Virus record (IMG/VR): IMGVR_UViG_3300035208_001992
Length of the DNA: 64,000 nucleotides
From: a virus
Taxonomy: Duplodnaviria > Heunggongvirae > Uroviricota > Caudoviricetes
Direction: 5' to 3' (one strand)
The first letter of the stretch is position 1; each line of letters opens with the position of its first letter. The notes beneath the pieces were generated by a model. It searched no databases. It was not told where the DNA came from and saw only the letters and a list, made by a program, of their open reading frames with translations. This document shows positions 1 through 9,237 of the stretch, piece after piece. The translations under genes and the position numbers were made by a program.

Positions 1-1133
1 AAGAATACTTGGTCCATAGCAATCAATGCTTCTACGTTTTTGATGATATCATTCTCTGTCGGTCGACGACCTTCTATTTCGCTGTATGGCCCAATCACGA
101 ACGAATGATTGTCATCGTCATGGCATCTTGACGCTATTGCGTAATCTACGACGCGATCGTGCTCGTCAAGCAAAGGCCACAACTCAACAGTGATATGGAT
201 GCCAAATGATTTGTATCCGTACGCTAGTACGCTAAAGTGACTAAACGTTGAGTGCGGCTTGATTGACTGCGCTTTGAAGTCGACACCAGCAATCTTGATC
301 GTCTTACGCAATAAATGCGCAACCTCTTTGAGGCCAGGCACAGCAACTTCGGTCGCTACGCGAGCAGTGACTGCGTTTGCTATGCTACAAGCCTTGTCGT
401 ACTCCTTTTTGGATTCACTGATAGCATGGACTATTAGACTAACGTCGCTAGGACTGAGATTGCCAAGATTGAGATCGAGCGATCCGTTAAGGTCAGAGTC
501 CAAATGTATCGTTCTTGACGGCCTGTAACCAGGATACCCAATTGTGAATGTCCGCCTGCGATTATCTAGCTTTATGAACATGTTAACAATGCGCTTAATC
601 GGATTCTTGTTTTGACGTGGAAACGTCATAATGAATTTGACACCACATGTAAGTCCTGATCCTATCACTCGGTCAAACTTGCATGAGCTACCAAAAGTGT
701 CTTTGACGCTCTCTTTAATGACACTCACAATTCGGTTGCGGTTTCTGTTGTCGGTTGATTTGACTTCGACAAGCAGCTCATCGAACGCTTTTGACGACAT
801 CTCAAGCATGCTATATCTGTTCATGCTAGCCATGCTTTGTTTGAAGCGCTTGTGCGCGTACGCGCCATCGTCAAGCAAGATCGAAAAGACTATGACGCAG
901 CGATCGCTTAGCGCTTCTGAATTGAATGTAGCATAGATAGTTGCACGGAATTTTACGTCACCATCGACTACATGTTGCGCGTACGTGACTTCGACGTGAC
1001 GATCAACAGTCTGTTTGACACGCACTAACTTCACGTCTTTGCCGTTGATCTTGGTATTTATGAAGTCAACGCGCTTTGCCGACGCGAACGGATATGCTTC
1101 TTTTTCTGCGTTGATTCGTGCAATTGCGTGCAT
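1..1133 (-). CDS. Leader-motif cargo protein, two modules; partial, runs off the left edge; not in the supplied ORF track
   Basis: ATG at 1133 overlaps the upstream TGA (TGATG). Frame checked open to the window edge. Starts MHAIARINAE; internal TARVATE at 348-365. Confidence 0.85.
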   Translation of the reverse strand, partial: MHAIARINAEKEAYPFASAKRVDFINTKINGKDVKLVRVKQTVDRHVEVTYAQHVVDGDVKFRATIYATFNSEALSDRCVIVFSILLDDGAYAHKRFKQSMASMNRYSMLEMSSKAFDELLVEVKSTDNRNRNRIVSVIKESVKDTFGSSCKFDRVIGSGLTCGVKFIMTFPRQNKNPIKRIVNMFIKLDNRRRTFTIGYPGYRPSRTIHLDSDLNGSLDLNLGNLSPSDVSLIVHAISESKKEYDKACSIANAVTARVATEVAVPGLKEVAHLLRKTIKIAGVDFKAQSIKPHSTFSHFSVLAYGYKSFGIHITVELWPLLDEHDRVVDYAIASRCHDDDNHSFVIGPYSEIEGRRPTENDIIKNVEALIAMDQVF

Positions 1134-1507
1134 CAGAAACCTGCCTCAACGCGCTGAATAAGCTTAGCCATTGCAGAAACAATGTCGAGTTCAGTTGCGC
1201 GCTTACTCAACTGCATCGATTCACTTTTGCGAGGCATGCCAAAGTGCAAAGTTATCGAAAACTGACCGGAGCGATCACTGGCGCTTATGATGAAGCGCCC
1301 GAATCGATTGAAGTACGTTGATGTTAGCGCAATCGCTTGATTCGTCTCTTTGGTCGTCTTATTGACGCCTGTGATCATCTCTTTTGTGAAAGACATACGA
1401 GTGTCAATTTTGATCATGCTTGGCAAACGCTCGTACAGCTCTTCGATGCTTGCGTGATCTTCATGTGATACGCGGCTTGTGATCTGGTAGAAGGCTAGAG
1501 TGCTCAT
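1133..1507 (-). CDS. Leader-motif cargo protein, 124 aa
   Basis: N-terminus MSTLAFYQITSRVSHE; paralog of 1504-1875; ATGA-coupled. Confidence 0.85.
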   Translation of the reverse strand: MSTLAFYQITSRVSHEDHASIEELYERLPSMIKIDTRMSFTKEMITGVNKTTKETNQAIALTSTYFNRFGRFIISASDRSGQFSITLHFGMPRKSESMQLSKRATELDIVSAMAKLIQRVEAGF

Positions 1508-1876
1508 GACTCTGCTTCTATACGTTGCTTCACGAGTTTGATCATCGCTTCGTTGACGTCAGTGACTTTAGCTGATACATTAGTTATCCGCTGTTCCAGT
1601 TGTCTCTGAAATCCGCGCATTTTAGTGTCCCAAAAGAGATATCTAAGAACAAGCGATCCATTTGACTCGGCATATAGAATGAATTCAGTTTTGCGTCCAA
1701 CACAAAATTTGATGATCTTTCCGAGGTGCTTATCATCTTCTAACGAAAGATCATAGAGCATTGACCAACCTTTTATGATGAAAGGATCTGGCAATTCTTC
1801 GTACAGACCAACGATGCCTTTGCGTCGTTCACTAGCAACGCGACTCGTGATCTGGTAGAAGGCTAGAGTGCTCATG
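1479..1876. repeat. 30-bp identical direct repeat at 1479-1508 and 1847-1876
   Basis: gtgatctggtagaaggctagagtgctcatg at both positions; it covers the start of two adjacent genes. Confidence 0.95.
1504..1875 (-). CDS. Leader-motif cargo protein, 123 aa
   Basis: N-terminus MSTLAFYQITSRVASE; ATGA-coupled. Confidence 0.85.
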   Translation of the reverse strand: MSTLAFYQITSRVASERRKGIVGLYEELPDPFIIKGWSMLYDLSLEDDKHLGKIIKFCVGRKTEFILYAESNGSLVLRYLFWDTKMRGFQRQLEQRITNVSAKVTDVNEAMIKLVKQRIEAES

Positions 1877-2951
1877 CGTTAGCATCCATGAATTTGTCAA
1901 CAGCCTTCATTGCAGTTTTGACCGTATTCTCGAACTCGCGCTTGAATAGATCGATGATCTGCATGCGATCATGCGTTGTCGCATCGAATCGAGTGTCACC
2001 GCTTGCTATTGCTTCAGTAAGGCCTGGTTGAGCTATTACCCAAAGCATGCGTAGAGATTGCTGTGCTGTGTTGAATGATCTACCGCGTACACAAATGATG
2101 ATGCCGCGATATTCGAGCTCGATCGCAGGCTCGTTGGCGCCTAATGCTCCGTGTACTTGAAGTCCAAGCCGCTTAGCTGTTTTGGTTGCGCTCAGTATTG
2201 CGTCAGTCATGAAGTGATGCTCAATGCGCAGCAGTTGTGGGAACAGCTTTTCAAAGACATAGCCAACATGCCACGTGATCGTTTCACGTGTCTTTGACTT
2301 GTTCTTGAATGCCACTGACTTGTCTACACTAACGCCATTGTCGCGACGAAGTAAACGTGACACAGCATGTATCATGCGGTATCTGCCAGTGCCAGCCTCA
2401 AACAGATTGAAGAAGCAGATCATTGGGACGTCATGAAACGTGACACGCGCGCTATAGCTCATTATCTGTTTGCTCTTGAATGCTGTAAGCGGAAATTCAA
2501 TCCTTTGGCCGAACGCGCTGATAATAAGCTTCTTTGGCAAATCACTGTAGTCGAACTCTGACGGGTTCTCAGTACCTACGCGCGCAACGACTGATTTCTT
2601 GTTGACTGCTTCGATCACGTTTTCAATCATCTGCATGGACAGTTTTTCGCCTTTAGGCAGATGACTTTTGATCTGCTTTATGAGGCTGTCTCGCAGTGCT
2701 TGCGGAATACTGACGCTCTGTATGACGCGTTGTTGATCTGTATCTATCTCGATTTGTACATGCTTGTTGAGCTCGACTAGGTACTGGTAAACTACAGTGT
2801 TCTTATTGCGCAATGTCCACATGGACAGAGTGTTGTTTACGCGTATCTCTTCGCTTTCTTGCTTACCATTTGGTATTTGCGGTGGCACCGGGACTAGTTC
2901 ATTTTGTTCGCCAGCAACGCGCGCTTTGATGATTTGCAGTGCTGTTAGCAT
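1872..2951 (-). CDS. Leader-motif cargo protein, at least two modules, 359 aa
   Basis: MLTALQIIKARVAGE leader; internal VVARVGTE. Confidence 0.85.
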   Translation of the reverse strand: MLTALQIIKARVAGEQNELVPVPPQIPNGKQESEEIRVNNTLSMWTLRNKNTVVYQYLVELNKHVQIEIDTDQQRVIQSVSIPQALRDSLIKQIKSHLPKGEKLSMQMIENVIEAVNKKSVVARVGTENPSEFDYSDLPKKLIISAFGQRIEFPLTAFKSKQIMSYSARVTFHDVPMICFFNLFEAGTGRYRMIHAVSRLLRRDNGVSVDKSVAFKNKSKTRETITWHVGYVFEKLFPQLLRIEHHFMTDAILSATKTAKRLGLQVHGALGANEPAIELEYRGIIICVRGRSFNTAQQSLRMLWVIAQPGLTEAIASGDTRFDATTHDRMQIIDLFKREFENTVKTAMKAVDKFMDANA

Positions 2952-3634
2952 CAGTGATTCTCCGCAATCTCACGCTTAGCAGCGCTTAGAAGTTCGGTGC
3001 ATGCATTCATGATACGAGATCTGGACGTTGGCATTGGCAGCTTAGCTTCACGCTCAGCGCGTTCAACACGGTTGGTCGGTTTCATGATGCCGACTACAGC
3101 AGTTATTGTAAGTGTGCCTGCTGTTTGCCTGAATTCAATTCTTGAGAACTTTGGTTCGCGTTCATCAGATGTGAACTTATGGACGCGATTACCCATAGTG
3201 CCGGCTGACATTGAGTATTCGAAATTCGAGCCGACGCATGAGAAGCCATCGTACAAATCCATGATTATGCTGTTGACTTGCAGTTGCTCGCCAGCAACGC
3301 GCGCAGTCACAATGGTCACGTCATCTTCAGACGCGTCTTCAAGAGCACTGATGAGCTCGGCCTTGCTAACTGGATACGTGAGCTGGCCATGTTCGTACTG
3401 GCCATGGTTCTCACTTCTGAATTCAAAGAAACCTGACGGGTAGAACGTCAAGTAATTTATGTGCGCTGGACCGTGCTCTTCATGATATGAAACGAGGCCA
3501 GTAGGATCCGGACGCTCGAAACGTACCAAATGCGTACGGCCTATGCGAATGTGCATTGGCAAATCAGCTAACTTGCCGTAGACAGCGCGTTCACGATCGA
3601 CGCGCGCGATGATTGCATTGAGCGCTTGCGTCAT
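2951..3634 (-). CDS. Leader-motif cargo protein, two modules, 227 aa
   Basis: MTQALNAIIARVDRE leader; internal IVTARVAGE. Confidence 0.85.
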   Translation of the reverse strand: MTQALNAIIARVDRERAVYGKLADLPMHIRIGRTHLVRFERPDPTGLVSYHEEHGPAHINYLTFYPSGFFEFRSENHGQYEHGQLTYPVSKAELISALEDASEDDVTIVTARVAGEQLQVNSIIMDLYDGFSCVGSNFEYSMSAGTMGNRVHKFTSDEREPKFSRIEFRQTAGTLTITAVVGIMKPTNRVERAEREAKLPMPTSRSRIMNACTELLSAAKREIAENH

Positions 3635-6048
3635 AACCGGCGTCTCCGTTGTGCGATCTCTCGTGATTCTCGATGATTCCTTGTAGCTTCGTCCAACGCT
3701 GCCTTGAACTCACCAAGTGTTGATGGCATATCAAGCTTGCCGTGATGCGTCCAACCGTACAACGCGCGACTTGGCCTTTTGCGCGTCAACACGTTGATGT
3801 TGTAATCATGATCGATTGAGATCACAAAGCCAAGTTCACTGTCTTCTAGCTCGCCGCTGTATTGGGCAAGTATTTTAGCGTGACCATATGATACGCGCTC
3901 TATTGCGACGAGGTCAAGATTGAGGCGCTCAGGAAATTCGGCTTCACTTTTGATGATGTTGTCTTCCGACGCAACTCGAGATTCTACAGGCTTGTTAGCG
4001 AGCTTGCTTGCAGCATTCTTTGCGCGAGCATCAGCAACTTGCTTGTCGATCAACGGCGCAACACGCCGAAGCAGCTCATTCAAATTGAATGGATTCAACA
4101 TGCGGAAAGTCTTCATGTTGACATACGGAGGACCATGCACGTCAACGACAACGACGATTCCTTTAGTTGCGTCATGCGCGTCAAACAACTTGATGACTAC
4201 ATACGCGTCAACGTCTGTGATCTCACTGACTAAGTACGTTGCGTTCACAATGTCGCTGAATCTTTGCATGTTGTTCGAGAACTTGAGCACGTGATGTCCA
4301 GCTTTGAGTTCATCGACGTGCTCAAGATCATTTAACGTGGTGAGCTCTTGCTTTTCGCCAGCAACACGAGCTATAGTCACTTTCTTTGATTTGCGTTCTA
4401 CTTCTGCGAATAGTGCACGCAACGTTTTGAACAACATATGATAGCTCAGATTTGGTTTATTGATTACATAATCTACGCGTATGCCGTCACTAACAACGCC
4501 AACAACAAATTTGTCTTTTGAGAAGTCACGCGATACTTCTATACGCCGAAGCGTGTTGAAGTTGAAATTATTGACTACATCGCCATGTATGAAACTCACT
4601 TGCACAACGTGATCAAATGAGCGTGAACTACGACGAACATAGCGATCGTTGTCAAAGACCAAAACGTTACCAATGTCGTCTGGTCCTTCAATTGCGCCTT
4701 TGTCTTCACCAGCAACGCGGGCTTCAACGCGGGCTTCAACGTTCTTTTGCTTTAGCGCTTTTTCAAGAAGCTCTACAACGGTGCGCTTGAAGACAACAAT
4801 ATTGATTGGGTTAGTAATTACTGTCGAGCCAAATTCGCTGACTGCTCCTCCTCTATGATCATCATGAAACTGCTGAATGCACACATCAAGATCATTGATT
4901 TTCTCGCCTGGAAGACGCGGTTTTTGCGTTGGCGATACTTTGACAAACAGCGCTTTGCTAGATACGTTTTTGACGTCAAAAGCAATGCTAAGAACGTGGC
5001 CAAAAGGCGAAATGATGCGATCCATAGCTAGCGCGTATTTGCCGCACTGAATCTTGTCGATTTTTGACAGATCTTCAAAAGACATCTCGTTGTGCTCGCC
5101 AGCAACGCGAGCTTCGGTGAAGCCACCGTGCTGAGCTTTGTTCATCGCAGTCAAGCACATATTCATGAGCTGAGATTGCTTAAGAACATCTGTATTGAGC
5201 GTCACACGAGAAGTACTTGAGCCAAACCTAGCGTTCACGTCAACCCTGTTCAACTTTTCGTTTTCATTATTGTCTTTGAATAATGCGATGTAGAACGATT
5301 GAATCTGACGCGTTCCAGCACGCTCGAAGCTGACTGAAGTCATGTTAGACGCGATTAACTTACCAGTCTGTTTGTATTGTATACCGTTAACGGTGATGTC
5401 ACGCATGTTGACGAATTCTGCGAACGTTATCATCTGTATTTGCTCAGCGCCGACGCGAGCTTGCGCCACTTCTTGCAAGATCGGTTCGTGCAAGATCGGT
5501 TCGTGCGGTTCTGTCAGCATCGCGCTCTCAATTGAGACACCGCGTTTGGTCTTGATCTGCAAGATCTCGGTAGGTAGCGCTGTGATGCGCTCACGAGCAA
5601 TGCCGTTGTGCGCTTGAATATGCAGTGGCGTAGCGCCGTTCAGATTACGGATGAGCAGACGTCGAATTGGCAGCAGCCCAAGCAAATCGACTTTGTTCTG
5701 CGCGAGATAGTGCAATGCGCAATTGCCTTTGTCGTTCTGCAGTGACAATGTCAAGATGTCCTGCTTCAGCAACAGATCGAGCTCACGTGAGTATGGCTTC
5801 ACACAACGCGCAACAACGTGAACAACCAAGTTCACGCCTGCGTCATCAAGCTTCTGTCGAAGCTTCTCAGCGTCAGACACGAGCGTCAACAAGAAGTTTT
5901 CGTTCCAGTCTTCGACAAGCTGCTTCACTACGTCATTGGCTGGCTTTGTCTCTTTTGGATCAAGCCGCACAAGGAAGTTCACAGCAGTAGGACCGAAACC
6001 GATTTCGACTTGTTCTTCAGCGTCTCTGATGAAGTTTGAGTCAGTCAT
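3631..6048 (-). CDS. Putative polyprotein: N-terminal ankyrin-like repeats plus five motif-delimited modules
   Basis: Ankyrin-like GNCALHYLAQN and GATPLHIQAHNG; five internal ARVxxE/SRVASE copies. ATG at 6048 preferred over the TTG at 6060. Confidence 0.85.
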   Translation of the reverse strand: MTDSNFIRDAEEQVEIGFGPTAVNFLVRLDPKETKPANDVVKQLVEDWNENFLLTLVSDAEKLRQKLDDAGVNLVVHVVARCVKPYSRELDLLLKQDILTLSLQNDKGNCALHYLAQNKVDLLGLLPIRRLLIRNLNGATPLHIQAHNGIARERITALPTEILQIKTKRGVSIESAMLTEPHEPILHEPILQEVAQARVGAEQIQMITFAEFVNMRDITVNGIQYKQTGKLIASNMTSVSFERAGTRQIQSFYIALFKDNNENEKLNRVDVNARFGSSTSRVTLNTDVLKQSQLMNMCLTAMNKAQHGGFTEARVAGEHNEMSFEDLSKIDKIQCGKYALAMDRIISPFGHVLSIAFDVKNVSSKALFVKVSPTQKPRLPGEKINDLDVCIQQFHDDHRGGAVSEFGSTVITNPINIVVFKRTVVELLEKALKQKNVEARVEARVAGEDKGAIEGPDDIGNVLVFDNDRYVRRSSRSFDHVVQVSFIHGDVVNNFNFNTLRRIEVSRDFSKDKFVVGVVSDGIRVDYVINKPNLSYHMLFKTLRALFAEVERKSKKVTIARVAGEKQELTTLNDLEHVDELKAGHHVLKFSNNMQRFSDIVNATYLVSEITDVDAYVVIKLFDAHDATKGIVVVVDVHGPPYVNMKTFRMLNPFNLNELLRRVAPLIDKQVADARAKNAASKLANKPVESRVASEDNIIKSEAEFPERLNLDLVAIERVSYGHAKILAQYSGELEDSELGFVISIDHDYNINVLTRKRPSRALYGWTHHGKLDMPSTLGEFKAALDEATRNHRESREIAQRRRRL
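4714..4737. repeat. 12-bp tandem duplication encoding EARV EARV
   Basis: aacgcgggcttc twice. Confidence 0.95.
5474..5503. repeat. 15-bp tandem duplication encoding EPILH EPILQ
   Basis: tgcaagatcggttcg twice. Confidence 0.95.
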
Positions 6049-6110
6049 GGTCGAAAGCAAGAAAGGGCCGCAGTCGTAGACGGCAGCCCGAGTGAGTGAT
6101 TGTTGCTCAT
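6045..6110 (-). CDS. Possible 21-aa peptide MSNNHSLGLPSTTAALSCFRP
   Basis: ATG lies 1 nt after the upstream TAG; its TGA overlaps the next ATG (ATGA); it spans a terminator-like hairpin. Confidence 0.35.
   Translation of the reverse strand: MSNNHSLGLPSTTAALSCFRP
6059..6089 (-). terminator. Rho-independent terminator-like hairpin
   Basis: GGGCUGCCGUC-UAC-GACUGCGGCCC followed by UUUCUU. Confidence 0.6.
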
Positions 6111-6111
6111 G

Positions 6112-6291
6112 CTAAGAGTTCTCTTCTCTGTCTGGTACATAGAGCCGAAGTTGCGGTCTACTACGCGTTGGAGGAGGTGGAACAAGCTCGTTGAGCTGTT
6201 GTTCAAACAGTTCACGAACTAACGTATTCTCGCGCTCGGCTTCGAGCCGACGCAATCGATGCATTGGGCGTTCAGCTCTTTCTCGCATCAT
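6112..6291 (-). CDS. Hypothetical protein, 59 aa (below the track cutoff)
   Basis: MMRERAERPMHRLRRLEAERENTLVRELFEQQLNELVPPPPTRSRPQLRLYVPDREENS; ATGA overlap with the upstream gene; fills the gap. Confidence 0.6.
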   Translation of the reverse strand: MMRERAERPMHRLRRLEAERENTLVRELFEQQLNELVPPPPTRSRPQLRLYVPDREENS

Positions 6292-6983
6292 CCACGACCC
6301 TCGTGAGCAATCCGTTGTTTGATCCGCTGGCCCATGCGATCCATCACATCATTGAACTTGCTAGCGCTCATAGGAAACTTCAATGACTCTCCGTGCTCAA
6401 GCACAGCAACAAGAACTAAATCAATTGCAGCGCGAACAGAACCATCGTCAGTGAAGTTGATCACGACGCCTTTGTCTGGTCCGTAGCCTCGCTCACGATA
6501 GGCTCTCATTGATCTGGTTGACATCACTTCATCGTACATAGTTCCAGCGGCGTTGATCACATTTGGCAAGCTGTCGAAAGTGATCTTGAGATCTTCATGA
6601 TTGACTCGAGCCTCAACGTAGTTCTCTAAATGCACGTCAACACGCATGAGCACTTTAAGCAGCACGTCATTGAAAACTTTACGCTTGACTGGAAAACGAA
6701 ATTGACGTCTGCCTGTATCGTTTACACGCATATTGTCAATGTCTACTAACACGTCACCGTCTCTCCAGATGTCAACTTCAATCTCAGTGACGTGCCTGCC
6801 GTGACGCTCAACGTCTTCTTTGTACTCAGTGCACATTCCGTACAGCCTTTGCAATTGCAACTTGTGCTTTCCAAGCTCAATCACAGACGGTAGACTATCG
6901 TACTCGACCATATCGTCAAGTTCGCCAGCAACGCGTGCTTGCACGATGTCAAGCGCTGGCGAGATCCAAGTAGTGTCTACCAT
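6288..6983 (-). CDS. Leader-motif cargo protein, two modules, 231 aa
   Basis: SPALDIVQARVAGE leader; internal EARVNHE; both modules begin (Y/F)DSLP. Confidence 0.85.
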   Translation of the reverse strand: MVDTTWISPALDIVQARVAGELDDMVEYDSLPSVIELGKHKLQLQRLYGMCTEYKEDVERHGRHVTEIEVDIWRDGDVLVDIDNMRVNDTGRRQFRFPVKRKVFNDVLLKVLMRVDVHLENYVEARVNHEDLKITFDSLPNVINAAGTMYDEVMSTRSMRAYRERGYGPDKGVVINFTDDGSVRAAIDLVLVAVLEHGESLKFPMSASKFNDVMDRMGQRIKQRIAHEGRG

Positions 6984-8857
6984 ACTTTGCCTGCAATTCC
7001 AAATGCACGCTTGAAGTTTTCATTGCTTGAGTCAATCTTTGAACGAGCCATATTGTGTAAAGCTGTGCGTTGATGCAGACTCATGTTACGGTCACCATTC
7101 GTGCCGCTCACTTCGATTTCAATGATCTTGCCATTTGACGTCGAAATCTCGATCCATGTACCAGGCATGATTCTTGCTGTGTAGCTCGATCGATGCTCTC
7201 CATGGTCTTCATAGCGCCATATGATGTCATTGGCATCCTTGAACGTTGAGTGCGGTACAAGGTCAAACACTTTCTCGTTAGCGATGCGCGCAGTCACCGC
7301 TTTTGCGCCAATGCTCGATAGCAATGCTTGCAACGTTTCGAATGTTGCTGGCTTGTGATCGAATGGCTCAAGCTCTTCTCGACTGATTCCCTTTGAGCCG
7401 ACAATGAAGTAAATCAAGTCGAAGTTAGCTACGTCGAAACGTAGGATTCGTCCATCGCCTAGATTTGCTGTGTAGTGAGTCGAGCGTGAGCACTCATCCA
7501 CTTCGTGCTTGAATTGCACGCCGCTTAAAGTGAAGTCGGCCATTGGGACGCGTTCAACAGCTGTACTCGCAGTTGCTTGCGTATCGTTGCGCTTCATCCG
7601 CTTTGCATACTCAGCTAGCTTGAGCAACAGCGCTTCGCCCAAGACGACACGATCATTTGCAACGAGCTTTTTGAGCGCATCGCGATCCAAATGTTTGCCA
7701 ATCATTCCGGAAAGCTCAATGTCGACGATGCGTTGTTTCTCATCAGTCAAGACTAGCAGGAATGTGCCAAGCTCAACTCTGGTATGGTACGCAATGTGAT
7801 GGCGCTTGACATACTTGCCATTGCTATTTTTGATGTCAGCTTTTTGTGTCCACACAGCGAAATTGAATTTGCCAAGTTGAAAACTGACGTCATCATTGGT
7901 GTTAGCTGGTATTGGCAGTGGCTCATTATGCTCGCTAGAGACACGCGCAACAGCTTGATTCGGCACAGCTATTTCGATGATCTTGCGCAAGTTCTCTTGC
8001 GTTGCAGCTGGTCGGTCTTTGCAGAACTGCAGTAATGCCTCGCGAGAGTCGCCAAGTATCGTTGTTGAGCTGTTCTCTAGCCAAGCGGCATGAATGCGAT
8101 CATTGACGACGTCAAGCATGCAGTAGCGATTTGGACGCACACGTGCTCGATACCAGCGCTCATCGCGTTGATCGCTGCCTTCGAATGACCAGCTAAAACC
8201 ACCAAATTTGAATTCGTGTTGTGGCAACGCGTTGTTCAATTCAGCAGCCACACGCGCTGTCGCTGAATTGTGTGAAGGCACGAGTATGTCTAAGAATGCC
8301 TTCAAGTTCTTCAAGTTAGCGTCAGGCTCTGTTTCAAGTAGACTCGTCACTTTTTGCTTGCGAGCAGCAGGCTCTTCTCGAAGTTCTCCGTGAATCGTGA
8401 CGAACGCATCAGTGATCTTGTCATGATCGATCATTACGGAGAAATAGACGTTTGATCGCAGCGTTGTGTCGTAAAACGACAGGCCAGTAGCCATGTCAGT
8501 GCCTTCGGCTGGCTCCCATGATCGACCAAAGGCTTTGAAACGACGCTTTGGCAGCGGATCATCGTCTGCATCGAACGCAACGCGGCCAGCGACAAGACTG
8601 CTTGGCTGACCGCTAGTAGCGCGACGCTTGACCAACATCTTGCAGTCACTTAGCGTCTCAGCAAGTGCATCTGCATTGTCCTCTTCATCGCGATCGTATC
8701 GAGCCTTGGCACGCGCAAGCAACAATTGCTGTTGGAGCCAGCGCTCACAGCATAGTGAGAAGTCTGCAAGTGTGATCTTGTACTTTTGCCAGTCTTTGAC
8801 TACATCAATATAGCCACGACGTTCAAGATCTAACAGCAATTGCGTTGGAGTTTTCAT
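6977..8857 (-). CDS. Putative polyprotein of five diverged tandem modules, 626 aa
   Basis: Internal GRVAFD, ARVAAE, ARVSSE and ARIANE, each followed by a similar LP..F.(F/L)G module. Confidence 0.85.
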   Translation of the reverse strand: MKTPTQLLLDLERRGYIDVVKDWQKYKITLADFSLCCERWLQQQLLLARAKARYDRDEEDNADALAETLSDCKMLVKRRATSGQPSSLVAGRVAFDADDDPLPKRRFKAFGRSWEPAEGTDMATGLSFYDTTLRSNVYFSVMIDHDKITDAFVTIHGELREEPAARKQKVTSLLETEPDANLKNLKAFLDILVPSHNSATARVAAELNNALPQHEFKFGGFSWSFEGSDQRDERWYRARVRPNRYCMLDVVNDRIHAAWLENSSTTILGDSREALLQFCKDRPAATQENLRKIIEIAVPNQAVARVSSEHNEPLPIPANTNDDVSFQLGKFNFAVWTQKADIKNSNGKYVKRHHIAYHTRVELGTFLLVLTDEKQRIVDIELSGMIGKHLDRDALKKLVANDRVVLGEALLLKLAEYAKRMKRNDTQATASTAVERVPMADFTLSGVQFKHEVDECSRSTHYTANLGDGRILRFDVANFDLIYFIVGSKGISREELEPFDHKPATFETLQALLSSIGAKAVTARIANEKVFDLVPHSTFKDANDIIWRYEDHGEHRSSYTARIMPGTWIEISTSNGKIIEIEVSGTNGDRNMSLHQRTALHNMARSKIDSSNENFKRAFGIAGKVW

Positions 8858-9237
8858 TGGTCGTCTTGCCAGTCGCTCATGCGATCTTTGAACATCTTCT
8901 CAAGCGTTTCCATCGTCTGCTTAAACGTTCTTTGGCATTTGAGTGTCGACGTTTGGCTTTCACTATCTTCATCTTCGAGTTTGATTAAGCCAAGCTCAAT
9001 ATGGATGAAATCATTTTTCGCTTTATTGAAGGTCAAGTACAAATCTGGACGATGCTTGTCAGAGTGGTACTCAACAACGTAGTCTTCACGACGCTCTATC
9101 CAAAACAAGTGCCCATTGATACGCAGTTCTCTTGGATAGCTTTCGAAATCTTCAAGCGTTTTGTCATCGTCACGCTCGCTAGACGTACGCGCGACAACGT
9201 TGAAGCCTAGTTGACGTAGAGTTGCAGTGATGCTCAT
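8854..9237 (-). CDS. Leader-motif cargo protein, 127 aa
   Basis: MSITATLRQLGFNVVARTSSE; TAATG overlap at 9237 supports this start. Confidence 0.85.
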   Translation of the reverse strand: MSITATLRQLGFNVVARTSSERDDDKTLEDFESYPRELRINGHLFWIERREDYVVEYHSDKHRPDLYLTFNKAKNDFIHIELGLIKLEDEDSESQTSTLKCQRTFKQTMETLEKMFKDRMSDWQDDQ

